From an uncultured Acidobacteriota bacterium (GTDB lineage Bacteria > Acidobacteriota > B3-B38 > Guanabaribacteriales > CAZYAF01), in assembly GCA_964645975.1 (NCBI GenBank), contig CAZYAF010000022.1:187-64186 (forward strand): 64,000 nt of DNA, given 5' to 3'. The position numbers and the translations under genes are program-made. Shown here one piece after another: positions 1 to 9,587 of the stretch (the stretch's first letter is position 1; every line of letters begins with the position of its first letter). Below the pieces are notes generated by a model that was given only the letters and a program-made list of their open reading frames with translations, searched no databases and had not been told where the DNA came from.

Positions 1-623
1 ATATTATCAGCGCATCCATTTTAGGAATTGAAAATGCACTCATTTTAACCGGTGATTATATTACCTTGGGTGACCATCCAGAAGCAAAACCAGTTTTTGA
101 CCTCGATTCTGTTCAGTTACTCCAGGTAGCTAAAAATTTAAACAATGGTATCGCCATGAACAAAAAAGAGCTTGAAGGGGCTACAAATCTTTTTCTTGGT
201 GCTGTAGTGAATCCAGGATCAGCACCTGTAGAACCACAAATCCTCAAGCTTGAGAACAAAGTTGAGGCTGGAGCTCAATTTATAATTACTCAAGCGGTAT
301 ATGATCCTCAAGCCTTTGAAAAATTTATGCATTCCATTGAACGTCTTAACGTCCCTATTATTGTAGGTCTTCTGTTGCTCAAATCCGTAAAAATGTGTAA
401 CTACCTCAATAAAAACGTTGCTGGTGTTGAAGTGCCACAGCAACTAATGGACAGGTTAGCCAAATTATCCAAAGTGGATGATAGGAAGAAAGAAAGTGTA
501 GATATTGCAGTTGAATTAGCCGAAAGTTTCAAAGCGCTTTGTCAAGGAATCCATTTTATGCCTCTTGGGTGGGATAAGCAGGCGTTAGAAATTATCCAGC
601 AATCCGAATTTAAGAAGACATAA
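1..623 (+). CDS. metF: methylenetetrahydrofolate reductase, C-terminal ~207 aa (5' end upstream of window)
   Basis: The reading frame is open from nt 3 into the listed ORF 66..623. Translation ..NALILTGDYITLGDHPEAKPVFDLDSVQLL.. resembles the conserved MTHFR barrel segment. An MTHFR_C/MetV-like gene follows 110 nt downstream, the usual partner. Confidence 0.8.
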   Translation, partial: IISASILGIENALILTGDYITLGDHPEAKPVFDLDSVQLLQVAKNLNNGIAMNKKELEGATNLFLGAVVNPGSAPVEPQILKLENKVEAGAQFIITQAVYDPQAFEKFMHSIERLNVPIIVGLLLLKSVKMCNYLNKNVAGVEVPQQLMDRLAKLSKVDDRKKESVDIAVELAESFKALCQGIHFMPLGWDKQALEIIQQSEFKKT

Positions 624-732
624 ACATCACTGAATATCCATCTCGTAGCGCACTTTGACACTAATTTAATATTAAGACAAAAATCGGCTAATTAATACTT
701 AAATATCATTAATTATTTTTGGAGAAGTAAAA

Positions 733-1203
733 ATGCTGAACCATCCGGTAGTACATTATCGGTATAAACCAAAGAATTTTTTATATCGACTCCTTTATAA
801 TACTTTTTTAAATATCGAAAGGATTTTTAAGGAAATAGTTTTTGGTTGTTCTATGTGCGGTCAATGCATCCTCAGCTATACAGGTTTTACTTGTCCTATG
901 CGCTGTCCTAAAAGCCTGCGAAATGGTCCCTGTGGTGGATATGATAAAAATGGCAAATGTGAAGTTGATCCCAATCGCAATTGCGTATGGATATTAATTT
1001 ACAAAAGATCAAAATTATTACATCGATTAGACAAAATGAAGTTGATTCAGCAACCTGTTAATCATACCCTCTTCCGCAGCTCTGCCTATGTTAATCATTT
1101 CACCGGTAGAGACAAAATGCCGGTAAGCAGCCTTCCCGGATTTGCTTTAATCAGGCGTATCGTTCAGAAAAGAATGGCCAAAAAACAAGAAAGCCAGGCT
1201 TAG
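733..1203 (+). CDS. MTHFR C-terminal-domain-like (MetV-like) cysteine-rich small protein
   Basis: 156 aa with a Cys cluster (CSMCGQCILSYTGFTCPMRCPKSLRNGPCGG) typical of the zinc-ribbon-like proteins encoded beside metF in acetogens/anaerobes. RBS GGAGAAG sits 6 nt before the ATG. Confidence 0.6.
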   Translation: MLNHPVVHYRYKPKNFLYRLLYNTFLNIERIFKEIVFGCSMCGQCILSYTGFTCPMRCPKSLRNGPCGGYDKNGKCEVDPNRNCVWILIYKRSKLLHRLDKMKLIQQPVNHTLFRSSAYVNHFTGRDKMPVSSLPGFALIRRIVQKRMAKKQESQA

Positions 1204-1260
1204 CACTCCTGAGAGCTAATAATTTTCTAAGATAAAATAATTTATCGCATGAGGGCAAAA

Positions 1261-2733
1261 ATGAAAAATGAAAGAAAAATAACGCCCATCGAGCCAAAAT
1301 TATCATTTAAAGTCTTAAATAAAGAGCAAGTAGATAAAATTCATCAAGCCACCTTAACCGTTTTAGAAGAAGTAGGTGCAAAATTTCCTTCGGAAAAATC
1401 CTTAAAAATATTAGAAGCACATGGTGCAAAGATTGATTGGAACTCACAAATTGCAAAAATACCATCTGATGTCATAATGAAACATATTAAAAACGCTCCT
1501 TCAACTTATACCATGGGTGCGAGAGATGCTCAATTTGATTTATTAATTGATGGAAAACATTCTTATCTTTCTACAGACGGTTGTGGCATTGAGGTATATG
1601 ATTTAGAGACAGCCAAACTGAGACCCTCCAGCCTCAAAGATGTAGAGGAATCAGCCCGCGTAGCTGATTATCTGCCACAAATCTCCTTTTATTGGGGACC
1701 CATGGTTGCAGCTAATGATAAGCCAGCAGAATTAAGAGGACTATATGAGCTGGAGGCAGCTATAAGAAACTGCACCAAACATGTTCAGCCAGAAACTATC
1801 TACACCGAAACTGAAGCCCGCTATGCCATGGAAATAGCTTTAATTCTTGCTGGCAGCAAAGAAGAAGTAAAGAAAAGACCTCCTTTTTCACTTGCACAAT
1901 GTACAATGGACCCTATCGCTCATCATGGTGACAGCCTTGATGTAGCCCTTATTACAGCAGAAAACGGTATACCAACCGGTTTTATGCCTATGTCAAGCTG
2001 CTGTTCTACTGGCCCGGCTACAATGGCAGGAGATTTGGTAGTATTTAATGCCGCGGCATTGAGTGGTTTGGTCCTATTACAAATGCATCAACCCGGCACA
2101 CCAATTTTTTACTCCGCTGCACCAACTGCAATGGATTTGCGCTCTGGAGCTTATACCGGGGGAGGCCCCGAAGACTTTCTATTCGGAAGTGCCTGCAAGC
2201 AAATAGCTGAATACTATAACATACCTTTAGCTATGGGTACCTTTGCCACAGGTGCAAAGGAGCCTGACTGGCATGCTGCTATAGAAAGCAGTTTTTCCTG
2301 CATTATGCCGGTTTTAGCTGGTGCGGATATGCTTAATGGCGCTGGACTGCTAAATGGCTCTAAAATTCTATCCTATCAACAGCTCTTGATGGATTGTGAG
2401 ATTTATAGAATCGTCGAAAAAATAGCTCAAGGTATAGAAGTCACGCCTGAAACTTTGGCAATAGATGTCATTAAGAAAGTTGGACCTACAGGGAATTATC
2501 TAATGGAGAAACATACCAGAGACCATCTCGAAGATATATGGGTGCCTCAAATCATTGATCGTACACCTTTCAATAAATGGCTTGCTTCGGGTAAAAAAGG
2601 TGCATTTGAGAAAGCTACTGAAAAGGCTCGCTGGATACTGAAAAATCATCAACCGAAACCGTTGGAAGAAGACAAAGCAAAGGAATTGAAAAGGATTCTC
2701 AATTCTGCACAAAGAGAATTAGACAACAAGTGA
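1261..2733 (+). CDS. MttB-superfamily corrinoid-dependent methyltransferase (non-pyrrolysine type, quaternary-amine/methylamine family)
   Basis: About 490 aa, uninterrupted by an in-frame TAG. The N-terminal ..LNKEQVDKIHQATLTVLEEVGAKF.. and overall length and composition resemble the trimethylamine/glycine-betaine methyltransferase family. GAGGG lies before the ATG at 1261; the ORF could also start at 1249. Confidence 0.7.
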   Translation: MKNERKITPIEPKLSFKVLNKEQVDKIHQATLTVLEEVGAKFPSEKSLKILEAHGAKIDWNSQIAKIPSDVIMKHIKNAPSTYTMGARDAQFDLLIDGKHSYLSTDGCGIEVYDLETAKLRPSSLKDVEESARVADYLPQISFYWGPMVAANDKPAELRGLYELEAAIRNCTKHVQPETIYTETEARYAMEIALILAGSKEEVKKRPPFSLAQCTMDPIAHHGDSLDVALITAENGIPTGFMPMSSCCSTGPATMAGDLVVFNAAALSGLVLLQMHQPGTPIFYSAAPTAMDLRSGAYTGGGPEDFLFGSACKQIAEYYNIPLAMGTFATGAKEPDWHAAIESSFSCIMPVLAGADMLNGAGLLNGSKILSYQQLLMDCEIYRIVEKIAQGIEVTPETLAIDVIKKVGPTGNYLMEKHTRDHLEDIWVPQIIDRTPFNKWLASGKKGAFEKATEKARWILKNHQPKPLEEDKAKELKRILNSAQRELDNK

Positions 2734-2801
2734 TAATATTATTTATGCTATTATTTACAATGACTATTTGAATTTCCATTTGCTTATATAGGAAATTAAA
2801 A

Positions 2802-4148
2802 TTGAAAGGCAAAAATAAGAATAACTCAAAAATTAGAAGCTCTGAGCCACAACTCAGACGAGAACTAAACCTCCTTGATTCCACGATGATAAATGTGGGC
2901 ACTATCCTGGCTTCTGCTATATTTATTGTACCAGCTATCATAGCGGCTCATGTATTAGATTTTCCTAATTCGATGCTGGTCTGGATTGTTGCAGGAATAC
3001 TATCTCTCTTTGGCGCTCTTACCTTTGCTGAACTGGGAGTTATGTTTCCCAAAGCTGGAGGAGAATTTATCTACCTTAAAGAAGCATACAGCCCTGTCTG
3101 GGGTTACCTCTATGGATGGACCCTCTTTGCAGTTATACAATGCGGTTCTATAGCTGCCGTTTCAGTTGCAATGGTTACTTACGTTGGCTATTTTATCCCT
3201 TTGAGCGATGTTGCGATAAAAATCATAGCCATCCTAACTATCATCTTCCTTTCCTGGATTAATTGCATTAGCTTACGTATGGGTGCTGGTACTCAAAATC
3301 TTTTCACTTTGGTAAAAATTGCTATTGTTATTGGTATTATTGCCTGCTGTTTTTTGCTTGGCGGAGAAGTAGATCATTCTCATTTTGTCTTTAAGATCTC
3401 CAATTTTTCCCTGGGAACTTTTGGTCTGGCAATGGTCGCTGCCCTCTTTGCGTATGATGGCTGGATAAGCATTACCTTCGTCGGAAGCGAGGTCAAGGAT
3501 CCGGGCCGAAATTTTCCTTTATCCCTCATTTTCTCAATGCTTATTATTATAGTTTTATACCTTGGAGCAAATGCAGCATTTTTTTATGTGCTGCCAACTA
3601 AAGAATTGGCCTCCTCACCCATTGTAGCGGCAGACGCCATGAAAAGCATACTCGGTAATTTAGGTGGCTCGTTAACTTCATTTGCAGTAATTATATCAAT
3701 GTTCGGTGCGGTAAATGGATTCATTCTAACCGGTGCTCGCGTTTACTACGCCATGGCTGCTGAGGGTCTTTTCTTCAAAAGTGCAGCCAAAATCAGCCCC
3801 AAGCACTTTACTCCTATAAATGCTATTATTATCCAAGCGGTTTGGTCTGCAATACTCACCCTTTCGGGAACATATGAACAACTCTTTACCTATGTGATTT
3901 TCGACTCCTGGCTTTTTTATGCCATGGGTGGAGTAGCTGTAATACTATTTCGCTACACCAAACCCAATGAGCCACGAGCTTACAGAACCTGGGGATATCC
4001 TATTATTCCCCTTATCTTTATTATAATGGCCATATGGTTCCTCTTTAACACCCTCATAAAAGACCCTCGAGATTCCCTCATCGGCATAGGTATAATGCTC
4101 TTGGGCCTCCCCTTCTATTTTTATTGGAGAAAAAAAGAAAGACTTTAA
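2802..4148 (+). CDS. APC-family amino acid permease
   Basis: 448 aa, polytopic. The N-terminal ..RRELNLLDSTMINVGTILASAIF.. is the typical APC permease signature region. TTG start assumed because no ATG lies upstream of the conserved N-terminus. Confidence 0.8.
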   Translation: MKGKNKNNSKIRSSEPQLRRELNLLDSTMINVGTILASAIFIVPAIIAAHVLDFPNSMLVWIVAGILSLFGALTFAELGVMFPKAGGEFIYLKEAYSPVWGYLYGWTLFAVIQCGSIAAVSVAMVTYVGYFIPLSDVAIKIIAILTIIFLSWINCISLRMGAGTQNLFTLVKIAIVIGIIACCFLLGGEVDHSHFVFKISNFSLGTFGLAMVAALFAYDGWISITFVGSEVKDPGRNFPLSLIFSMLIIIVLYLGANAAFFYVLPTKELASSPIVAADAMKSILGNLGGSLTSFAVIISMFGAVNGFILTGARVYYAMAAEGLFFKSAAKISPKHFTPINAIIIQAVWSAILTLSGTYEQLFTYVIFDSWLFYAMGGVAVILFRYTKPNEPRAYRTWGYPIIPLIFIIMAIWFLFNTLIKDPRDSLIGIGIMLLGLPFYFYWRKKERL

Positions 4149-4288
4149 AACTTTCAAAAATCCTCTATCTCCTTAAATTAACAACTATAAAAGAATCTTA
4201 TAATTTTTGTTGAAGTAAATATTAATAATGGTTTAAGATAACAGTATGTTTAATGCAAAAATAAAATATTTAGCTGTAGGAGGTATCT

Positions 4289-6328
4289 ATGAATAAACGA
4301 TGTAATTTTTGGAAATTTTTATCAATTTCACTCATTTTAGTCCTTATTTTGAGTACAGGCCTTTTAGCTCAGGAAAAGAGGGCTATGAATTTTGTTGATG
4401 TTATTAATTTGAAACGGGTATCAAATCCAGTACTTTCCCCTGATGGTAATCAAATCCTCTTTACCATCTTAAAAGCAGATTGGAAGGAAAATAAAAATAT
4501 ATCACACATCTGGCGCATTAATACGGATGGCACCAATTTAGTACAAATGACCAATGGAAAAGACGGTGAAAGAGGTGGCAACTGGTCTCCTGATGGCAAA
4601 TATATTGCTTTTATCACCAAACGTAATGAAGAATCTCAAATATATTTTCTCAACACCAGTGGTGGTGAGGCCCTACAGTTTACTGAGCACGAAGGTGGTG
4701 TGAACTCTTTCCAGTGGTCACCTGATAGCAAAAAAATCTACTTTATCGCTACCGAACCTTTAACTAAAGAGGAAAAGAAAAAGAAGAAGATAAAGGATGA
4801 CGCTTTTATTTTCGAACACAACTATAAAAATCGTCATATATGGGTCATTGATGTTGAGAGTAAAGAGGAAAAACGGCTCACCGAGGGAGATTTTACCGTA
4901 AGGTCTTTTAATCTCTCACGCGATAGAGCAAAACTCCTTTATACAGCTTCTCCTACCCCATTATTTGATGATGTTCTCAAAGCAGAGATCTGGCTCATGG
5001 ATTTAGCTGACAATTCCACTCGACAAATAACAAAGAATAGTATATGGGAAGCCAGTGTTGAACTCTCTCCGGATAACAGTACAATTCTCTTTGTCGCTGA
5101 AACAGATGAAAAATTTCAAAATATATACTATCAGGGAACAATTTTTATCGTCCCAGCTGAGGGCGGTACTCCCCAATTCCTTATTCCTGATTTCAAATAT
5201 GAAGTCTATGGAGCTACCTGGTCCGCTGATGGAAAGAGCATCTATTTTATTGCTAATATGGGTGTTCACAATGAGATCTTTTCTGTATCCCTCAAGGATA
5301 AAAAAATAAATCAACTAACGGACGGTAAGCATGCTATTTACGGTTTCGATTATGTACCCAAAATTGATACCATTGCCTATAGCATAATTTCGCCGCATAA
5401 TCCCGGAATCTTCTGGATGTCCAAAATGACCGACTTTTCTCCCGAAATGATATATGACCCCTATCCTGAGTTAGAAGAGTTTAAATTAGCAAAATTTGAA
5501 GTAGTGCATTGGAAGGGTACAGATGGAGTTACAGTAGAGGGGATTTTATATTATCCAATAGGTTACGAAGACGGGAAGCGCTATCCTCTACTGGCACATA
5601 CTCATGGAGGACCTGCCTCAGCTGATAAATTAACCTTTGATGGTTATGCTCATGCCAGGGCCGGAAGAGGCTATACCATTTTGAAACCTAATTATAGGGG
5701 GAGCACAGGTTATGGGAATGATTTTCTCCGCGATATGGTGGGCCATTACTTCCTCCATGCTCATGAGGACGTTCTTACCGGTGTGGATTATCTTATTGAG
5801 AGAGGAATTGCCGATCCAGATAAATTAGGAACACTTGGGTGGAGTGCTGGCGGGCACATGACTAATTGGCTTGTAACCCATACTGACCGTTTTAAAGCGG
5901 CTTCCTCAGGTGCAGGCGCCTGCAATTGGATCTCGATGTACGCTCAAAGCGATGTGCGCATATATCGCACTCCCTGGTTCCTGGGTGACCCCTGGCATAA
6001 GGATTCGCCTTTAGAGACATATCGTAAGCATTCAGCTATCTTTTATGTACATCAGGCTAAAACTCCCACCCTCATTATGTACGGTCAAAATGACCGAAGA
6101 GTCCCTCTTCCACAAGGGTATGAGATGTATCGTGGTCTCAAAGCCAATGGCGTTCCAACAGAGTTGGTGATATTCCCTCGTGAAGGTCATGGCCCGAGAG
6201 AATTGCGCCATTATCTCTATAAAATGAATAAAGAATTCCAGTGGCTGGAAAAATACATAATGGGTAGAGAGTTCAAGTTTGACGAACCCGAAGAACCCAA
6301 AAAAGAAAAAGAGGAGCAAGAAAAATAA
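4289..6328 (+). CDS. S9-family serine peptidase (prolyl oligopeptidase / acylaminoacyl-peptidase type) with N-terminal beta-propeller
   Basis: 679 aa with a signal peptide. Repeated ..SPDG.. propeller blades (TolB-like). Catalytic Ser motif GWSAGGHMT, with C-terminal D and H (..GHGP..). RBS GGAGG before the ATG. Confidence 0.85.
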   Translation: MNKRCNFWKFLSISLILVLILSTGLLAQEKRAMNFVDVINLKRVSNPVLSPDGNQILFTILKADWKENKNISHIWRINTDGTNLVQMTNGKDGERGGNWSPDGKYIAFITKRNEESQIYFLNTSGGEALQFTEHEGGVNSFQWSPDSKKIYFIATEPLTKEEKKKKKIKDDAFIFEHNYKNRHIWVIDVESKEEKRLTEGDFTVRSFNLSRDRAKLLYTASPTPLFDDVLKAEIWLMDLADNSTRQITKNSIWEASVELSPDNSTILFVAETDEKFQNIYYQGTIFIVPAEGGTPQFLIPDFKYEVYGATWSADGKSIYFIANMGVHNEIFSVSLKDKKINQLTDGKHAIYGFDYVPKIDTIAYSIISPHNPGIFWMSKMTDFSPEMIYDPYPELEEFKLAKFEVVHWKGTDGVTVEGILYYPIGYEDGKRYPLLAHTHGGPASADKLTFDGYAHARAGRGYTILKPNYRGSTGYGNDFLRDMVGHYFLHAHEDVLTGVDYLIERGIADPDKLGTLGWSAGGHMTNWLVTHTDRFKAASSGAGACNWISMYAQSDVRIYRTPWFLGDPWHKDSPLETYRKHSAIFYVHQAKTPTLIMYGQNDRRVPLPQGYEMYRGLKANGVPTELVIFPREGHGPRELRHYLYKMNKEFQWLEKYIMGREFKFDEPEEPKKEKEEQEK

Positions 6329-6388
6329 TTGATACCTTTTCTATAAAAATATCTGCATGATACTATTTTCATTAAAGAGGTTGTTTAC

Positions 6389-6799
6389 ATGAAAGAATTA
6401 TCATTTTCATTTGACCATGTTGCCATATCAGTAAAAGATCTAGATGAAGCAATACAATGGTATTCGGATATCTTTGGCTTTGAGAAAATCAGGCTTTTTG
6501 ATAGACCTGATTTAAAAATGAAAGGCGCACAGCTAAAATTAGGTACGATAAAATTAGAGATTTTCCAACCTTATGAACCAAAGGAACTGCCTGCTTACAG
6601 GAAAACATTAGAATCAGACTTACATACATTGGGTACCAAGCACTTTGCCCTGAATATCAACGACCTGGAGCCAGCTTATGAGGAACTAAAGAAGAGCGGC
6701 GTTTCATTTTTAGGTGAACCAAACATCGGAAAAACATCTAAATATGTCTTTTGTCAGGATCCAAGCGGTATACTAATAGAGTTAAGGGAGGATTTATAG
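6389..6799 (+). CDS. VOC/glyoxalase-family protein, methylmalonyl-CoA epimerase-like
   Basis: 136 aa; FDHVAISVKDLDEAIQWYSDIFGFE is a typical VOC beta-alpha-beta-beta-beta start. RBS AAAGAGG. Confidence 0.65.
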   Translation: MKELSFSFDHVAISVKDLDEAIQWYSDIFGFEKIRLFDRPDLKMKGAQLKLGTIKLEIFQPYEPKELPAYRKTLESDLHTLGTKHFALNINDLEPAYEELKKSGVSFLGEPNIGKTSKYVFCQDPSGILIELREDL

Positions 6800-6899
6800 G
6801 GATTAACATCATTAATTAAAAAAATAGTATTTACACATTTACATAATATACTTATGTGCTAAAATTAAATAATAGTTAATATATACTGATGGTTTGTTC

Positions 6900-9518
6900 A
6901 TGGGTATTAAACTTACTAAAAAACAACGACGATATTTAAGAGAGTACTTTCGCCATCAATCCGACGCTCAACTGGCAGAAAAACTCGGAGTTTCAGAGAA
7001 TTATGTCCGTAAAGCACTGCGCCAGCTCAATCTGAAACGAACCAATGATGAGATAGAAGCTTTACTAAAAAACGAAGCTAAACAAAAAGCCAAAAAGGAG
7101 AAAACTGCCGCTTTAAAATCTTATTTTTCTCGAAAAACTAGCATTGTCACCATCATTATAATTGCAGTATTTATTAGTGTTTTTATTCTTTTTTACTTTT
7201 TTGGTAGACAATTTTTCACAAAACAAAGCAGATACACCCTTGAACTACAAAAACAGTTAGCTCCCTTAAAGCCTTCTGAATTGAATATACTTTTCATCAC
7301 TCTCGACACCACGCGAGCAGATCATCTTGGTTGTTATGGTTATGATAAGGTGGAAACTCCAAATATAGATAAGATAGCCCAAAATGGTATATTATTTAAA
7401 AATGCTACCTCGCAAGCACCATTAACCTTACCCTCGCATTCATCAATGTTTACTGGAACATATCCTTTTTATCATGGAGTTAGAGATAACGGAGGATTTT
7501 ATCTGGAACCTGATAAAACTACATTAGCAGAAATCCTTAAAGAGCAAGATTGGGCAACCAGCGCTTTTATCGGAGCTTTCGTGCTTGATTCCCGCTGGGG
7601 TTTAGATCAGGGAATCGATTACTATTACGATAATTTCGATTTGGCAAAATATAAGACTATTAGCCTTGATTCTGTTCAAAGAGAAGGAGGAGAGGTAATT
7701 GCTCCATTTTTTGACTGGTTAGAAGATAATCATCAAAACAAATTTTTTAGCTGGATACATCTTTACGATCCCCATACTCCCTATGATCCCCCGGAACCTT
7801 ATAAAACGCAATATTCAGATAGTCCGTGGGGACTCTATGATGGAGAGATTGCATATGTTGATTTTCTTATTGGCAAAGTACTGGACAACTTAAAAGAAAA
7901 AAAGCTATTAGAAAAAACAATAATCGTAATAGTTGGTGATCATGGTGAGAGCTTAGGTCAACACCGAGAAAGTGGGCATGGCTTCTTTGTTTACGATGCC
8001 ACTACCTTGGTTCCCCTAATTATTCAACTCCCCTCTCCTAAATTAAAAAATAAGCTGATATCTGCTCAAGTAGAAACTATTGATATTATGCCAACACTCC
8101 TGCAAATACTCGATATTTCCATTCCTCAGGAGGTTCAGGGAAAAAGTCTTATTCCACTTATTCTGGGAGAGAATCCCGCAAAAGAGCGTTATGCTTACAG
8201 CGAATCATTTTATCCACGGTATCATTATGGATGGAGCGAACTTCATAGTTTTCGCAATGGTAGATATAAATATATTAAATCACCTAAACCTGAACTCTAT
8301 GACATTATTGCAGATCCAAGAGAAACTACTAATATCTATAATAATAACACTTCTATTGCGCAAGAATTCGAGCAGAATCTTACAGAATTGATAGAAAAAA
8401 GCTCTTCTGCTGGAATTGAGGAAAAAGGCCCGCAAAAATTAGATGAAGAAACACTACAAAAACTCATGGCCTTAGGTTATATCGGTGGCTTCACTTCACC
8501 TAAGAAACTGAAAGAAGGTGAGAAGCTCGCAGACCCAAAGGATAAAATAGAGCTCTTCAATAAAATCAAATTAGCAGAATGGAAATCAGCCGAGGATCAA
8601 CTGGATGAGGCATTGGAAAATATCAGTCAGGTTATAGAGCAAGACCCTAACATTATGGAAGCACGACAGGTTCGAGGACGAATATTTCTCAAGCAAAATA
8701 AGTTGGATGAAGCTATAGTCGAATTTAAAGAAGCTCTTAAAATTGATCCAGAATACGAATCGGCAATTTTCAGCTTAGCGCAGGCCTACAAAAGGTCTAA
8801 AAAGTATGATGAAGCTATTGCTGGCTATAAACGCCTTATGCAAATGGATCCTCGAGATTCTAAACCTCCTTTCAACCTTGGAGATATCTACCTTGAGCTC
8901 AAGGATGTTGATAAAGCTATACCCTACCTTCAAAAATCTATTCAAATAGACCCAGAACATAGTTCTTTGTCACATAATCTTCTGGGAGCCGCATATTTAG
9001 AAAAGAAAAAGCTCGATCAAGCAGAGCAAGAGATTAATAAAGCTCTGGAATTAAGACCTCGCATCCCTGATGCTTACTATAACTTAGCACTCATTCATGA
9101 AGAGAGGAGAGAATTTGATAAGGCTATTGAAAAATATAAGAAAGAATTAGAATTACATCCAGCAGCATTTCCTGCCCATTTTAATTTAGCTCTGCTCTAT
9201 AGTAAAATGGGCATGAAAGAAGAGCAAGTTCCTCATCTTGAGGAAGCTATCAAATACAATAAAGATCTGTCCAAGGCATACCTTTTCTTAGCAAAGGCAT
9301 ATTTAGATTTGAACAAAAACCTACAGGAAGCCATAAACTTTGCTAAAGAGGGGCTTAAATTAGAGCCAGAATCAGAGTATTCACCTCTGGGCCACTATAT
9401 CTTGGCCGATATTTATAATCGATTAGGTCGTTTCAATGAATCTAACAAAGAACTGCAAAAAGCCCAATTGCTTGAGCAAAAAATTAAAAAAGATAATCAA
9501 AAAATAATTAGCGGGTAA
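6900..9518 (+). CDS. sulfatase-family (alkaline-phosphatase superfamily) hydrolase/transferase with N-terminal HTH-like segment, one TM helix and C-terminal TPR array
   Basis: LNILFITLDTTRADHLGCYGYD plus later GDHGESLG are hallmarks of the sulfatase/PF00884-type fold. N-terminal ..QSDAQLAEKLGVSENYVRKALRQL.. looks like a sigma-region-4-type HTH. A hydrophobic helix spans residues ~85-105. The last ~330 aa are TPR-like. The start could be TTG 6894 or ATG 6900. Confidence 0.7.
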   Translation: MGIKLTKKQRRYLREYFRHQSDAQLAEKLGVSENYVRKALRQLNLKRTNDEIEALLKNEAKQKAKKEKTAALKSYFSRKTSIVTIIIIAVFISVFILFYFFGRQFFTKQSRYTLELQKQLAPLKPSELNILFITLDTTRADHLGCYGYDKVETPNIDKIAQNGILFKNATSQAPLTLPSHSSMFTGTYPFYHGVRDNGGFYLEPDKTTLAEILKEQDWATSAFIGAFVLDSRWGLDQGIDYYYDNFDLAKYKTISLDSVQREGGEVIAPFFDWLEDNHQNKFFSWIHLYDPHTPYDPPEPYKTQYSDSPWGLYDGEIAYVDFLIGKVLDNLKEKKLLEKTIIVIVGDHGESLGQHRESGHGFFVYDATTLVPLIIQLPSPKLKNKLISAQVETIDIMPTLLQILDISIPQEVQGKSLIPLILGENPAKERYAYSESFYPRYHYGWSELHSFRNGRYKYIKSPKPELYDIIADPRETTNIYNNNTSIAQEFEQNLTELIEKSSSAGIEEKGPQKLDEETLQKLMALGYIGGFTSPKKLKEGEKLADPKDKIELFNKIKLAEWKSAEDQLDEALENISQVIEQDPNIMEARQVRGRIFLKQNKLDEAIVEFKEALKIDPEYESAIFSLAQAYKRSKKYDEAIAGYKRLMQMDPRDSKPPFNLGDIYLELKDVDKAIPYLQKSIQIDPEHSSLSHNLLGAAYLEKKKLDQAEQEINKALELRPRIPDAYYNLALIHEERREFDKAIEKYKKELELHPAAFPAHFNLALLYSKMGMKEEQVPHLEEAIKYNKDLSKAYLFLAKAYLDLNKNLQEAINFAKEGLKLEPESEYSPLGHYILADIYNRLGRFNESNKELQKAQLLEQKIKKDNQKIISG

Positions 9519-9587
9519 ATTCATTACTCCTGAGAAGAATCTTCAGCTCTTTTAATTATTGTACCTTTAAATCAAAAAGGTGAGAAA

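Noticed and set aside
219-443. Short antisense or alternate-frame ORFs embedded in long genes (e.g. 219..443, 2500..2941, 5003..5314, 13436..13825, 29542..29775, 41084..41374, 61136..61333, 62429..63688)
   Set aside because: All lie fully inside much longer ORFs with clear homology on the other strand or frame. They are typical spurious ORFs of AT-rich DNA and repeat regions.
1261-2733. Pyrrolysine (in-frame UAG) in the MttB homolog
   Set aside because: The ORF is uninterrupted across the region where Pyl-type MttB carries TAG, so this is a non-Pyl MttB-superfamily member.
6894-6899. Alternative upstream TTG starts (6894 for the sulfatase-family gene, 1249 for the MttB homolog, 27212 for oppB, 35426 for HPr, 18266 for tsaC)
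   Set aside because: Downstream ATG/TTG codons with better RBS spacing and N-termini matching family consensus were preferred. The upstream codons remain possible.
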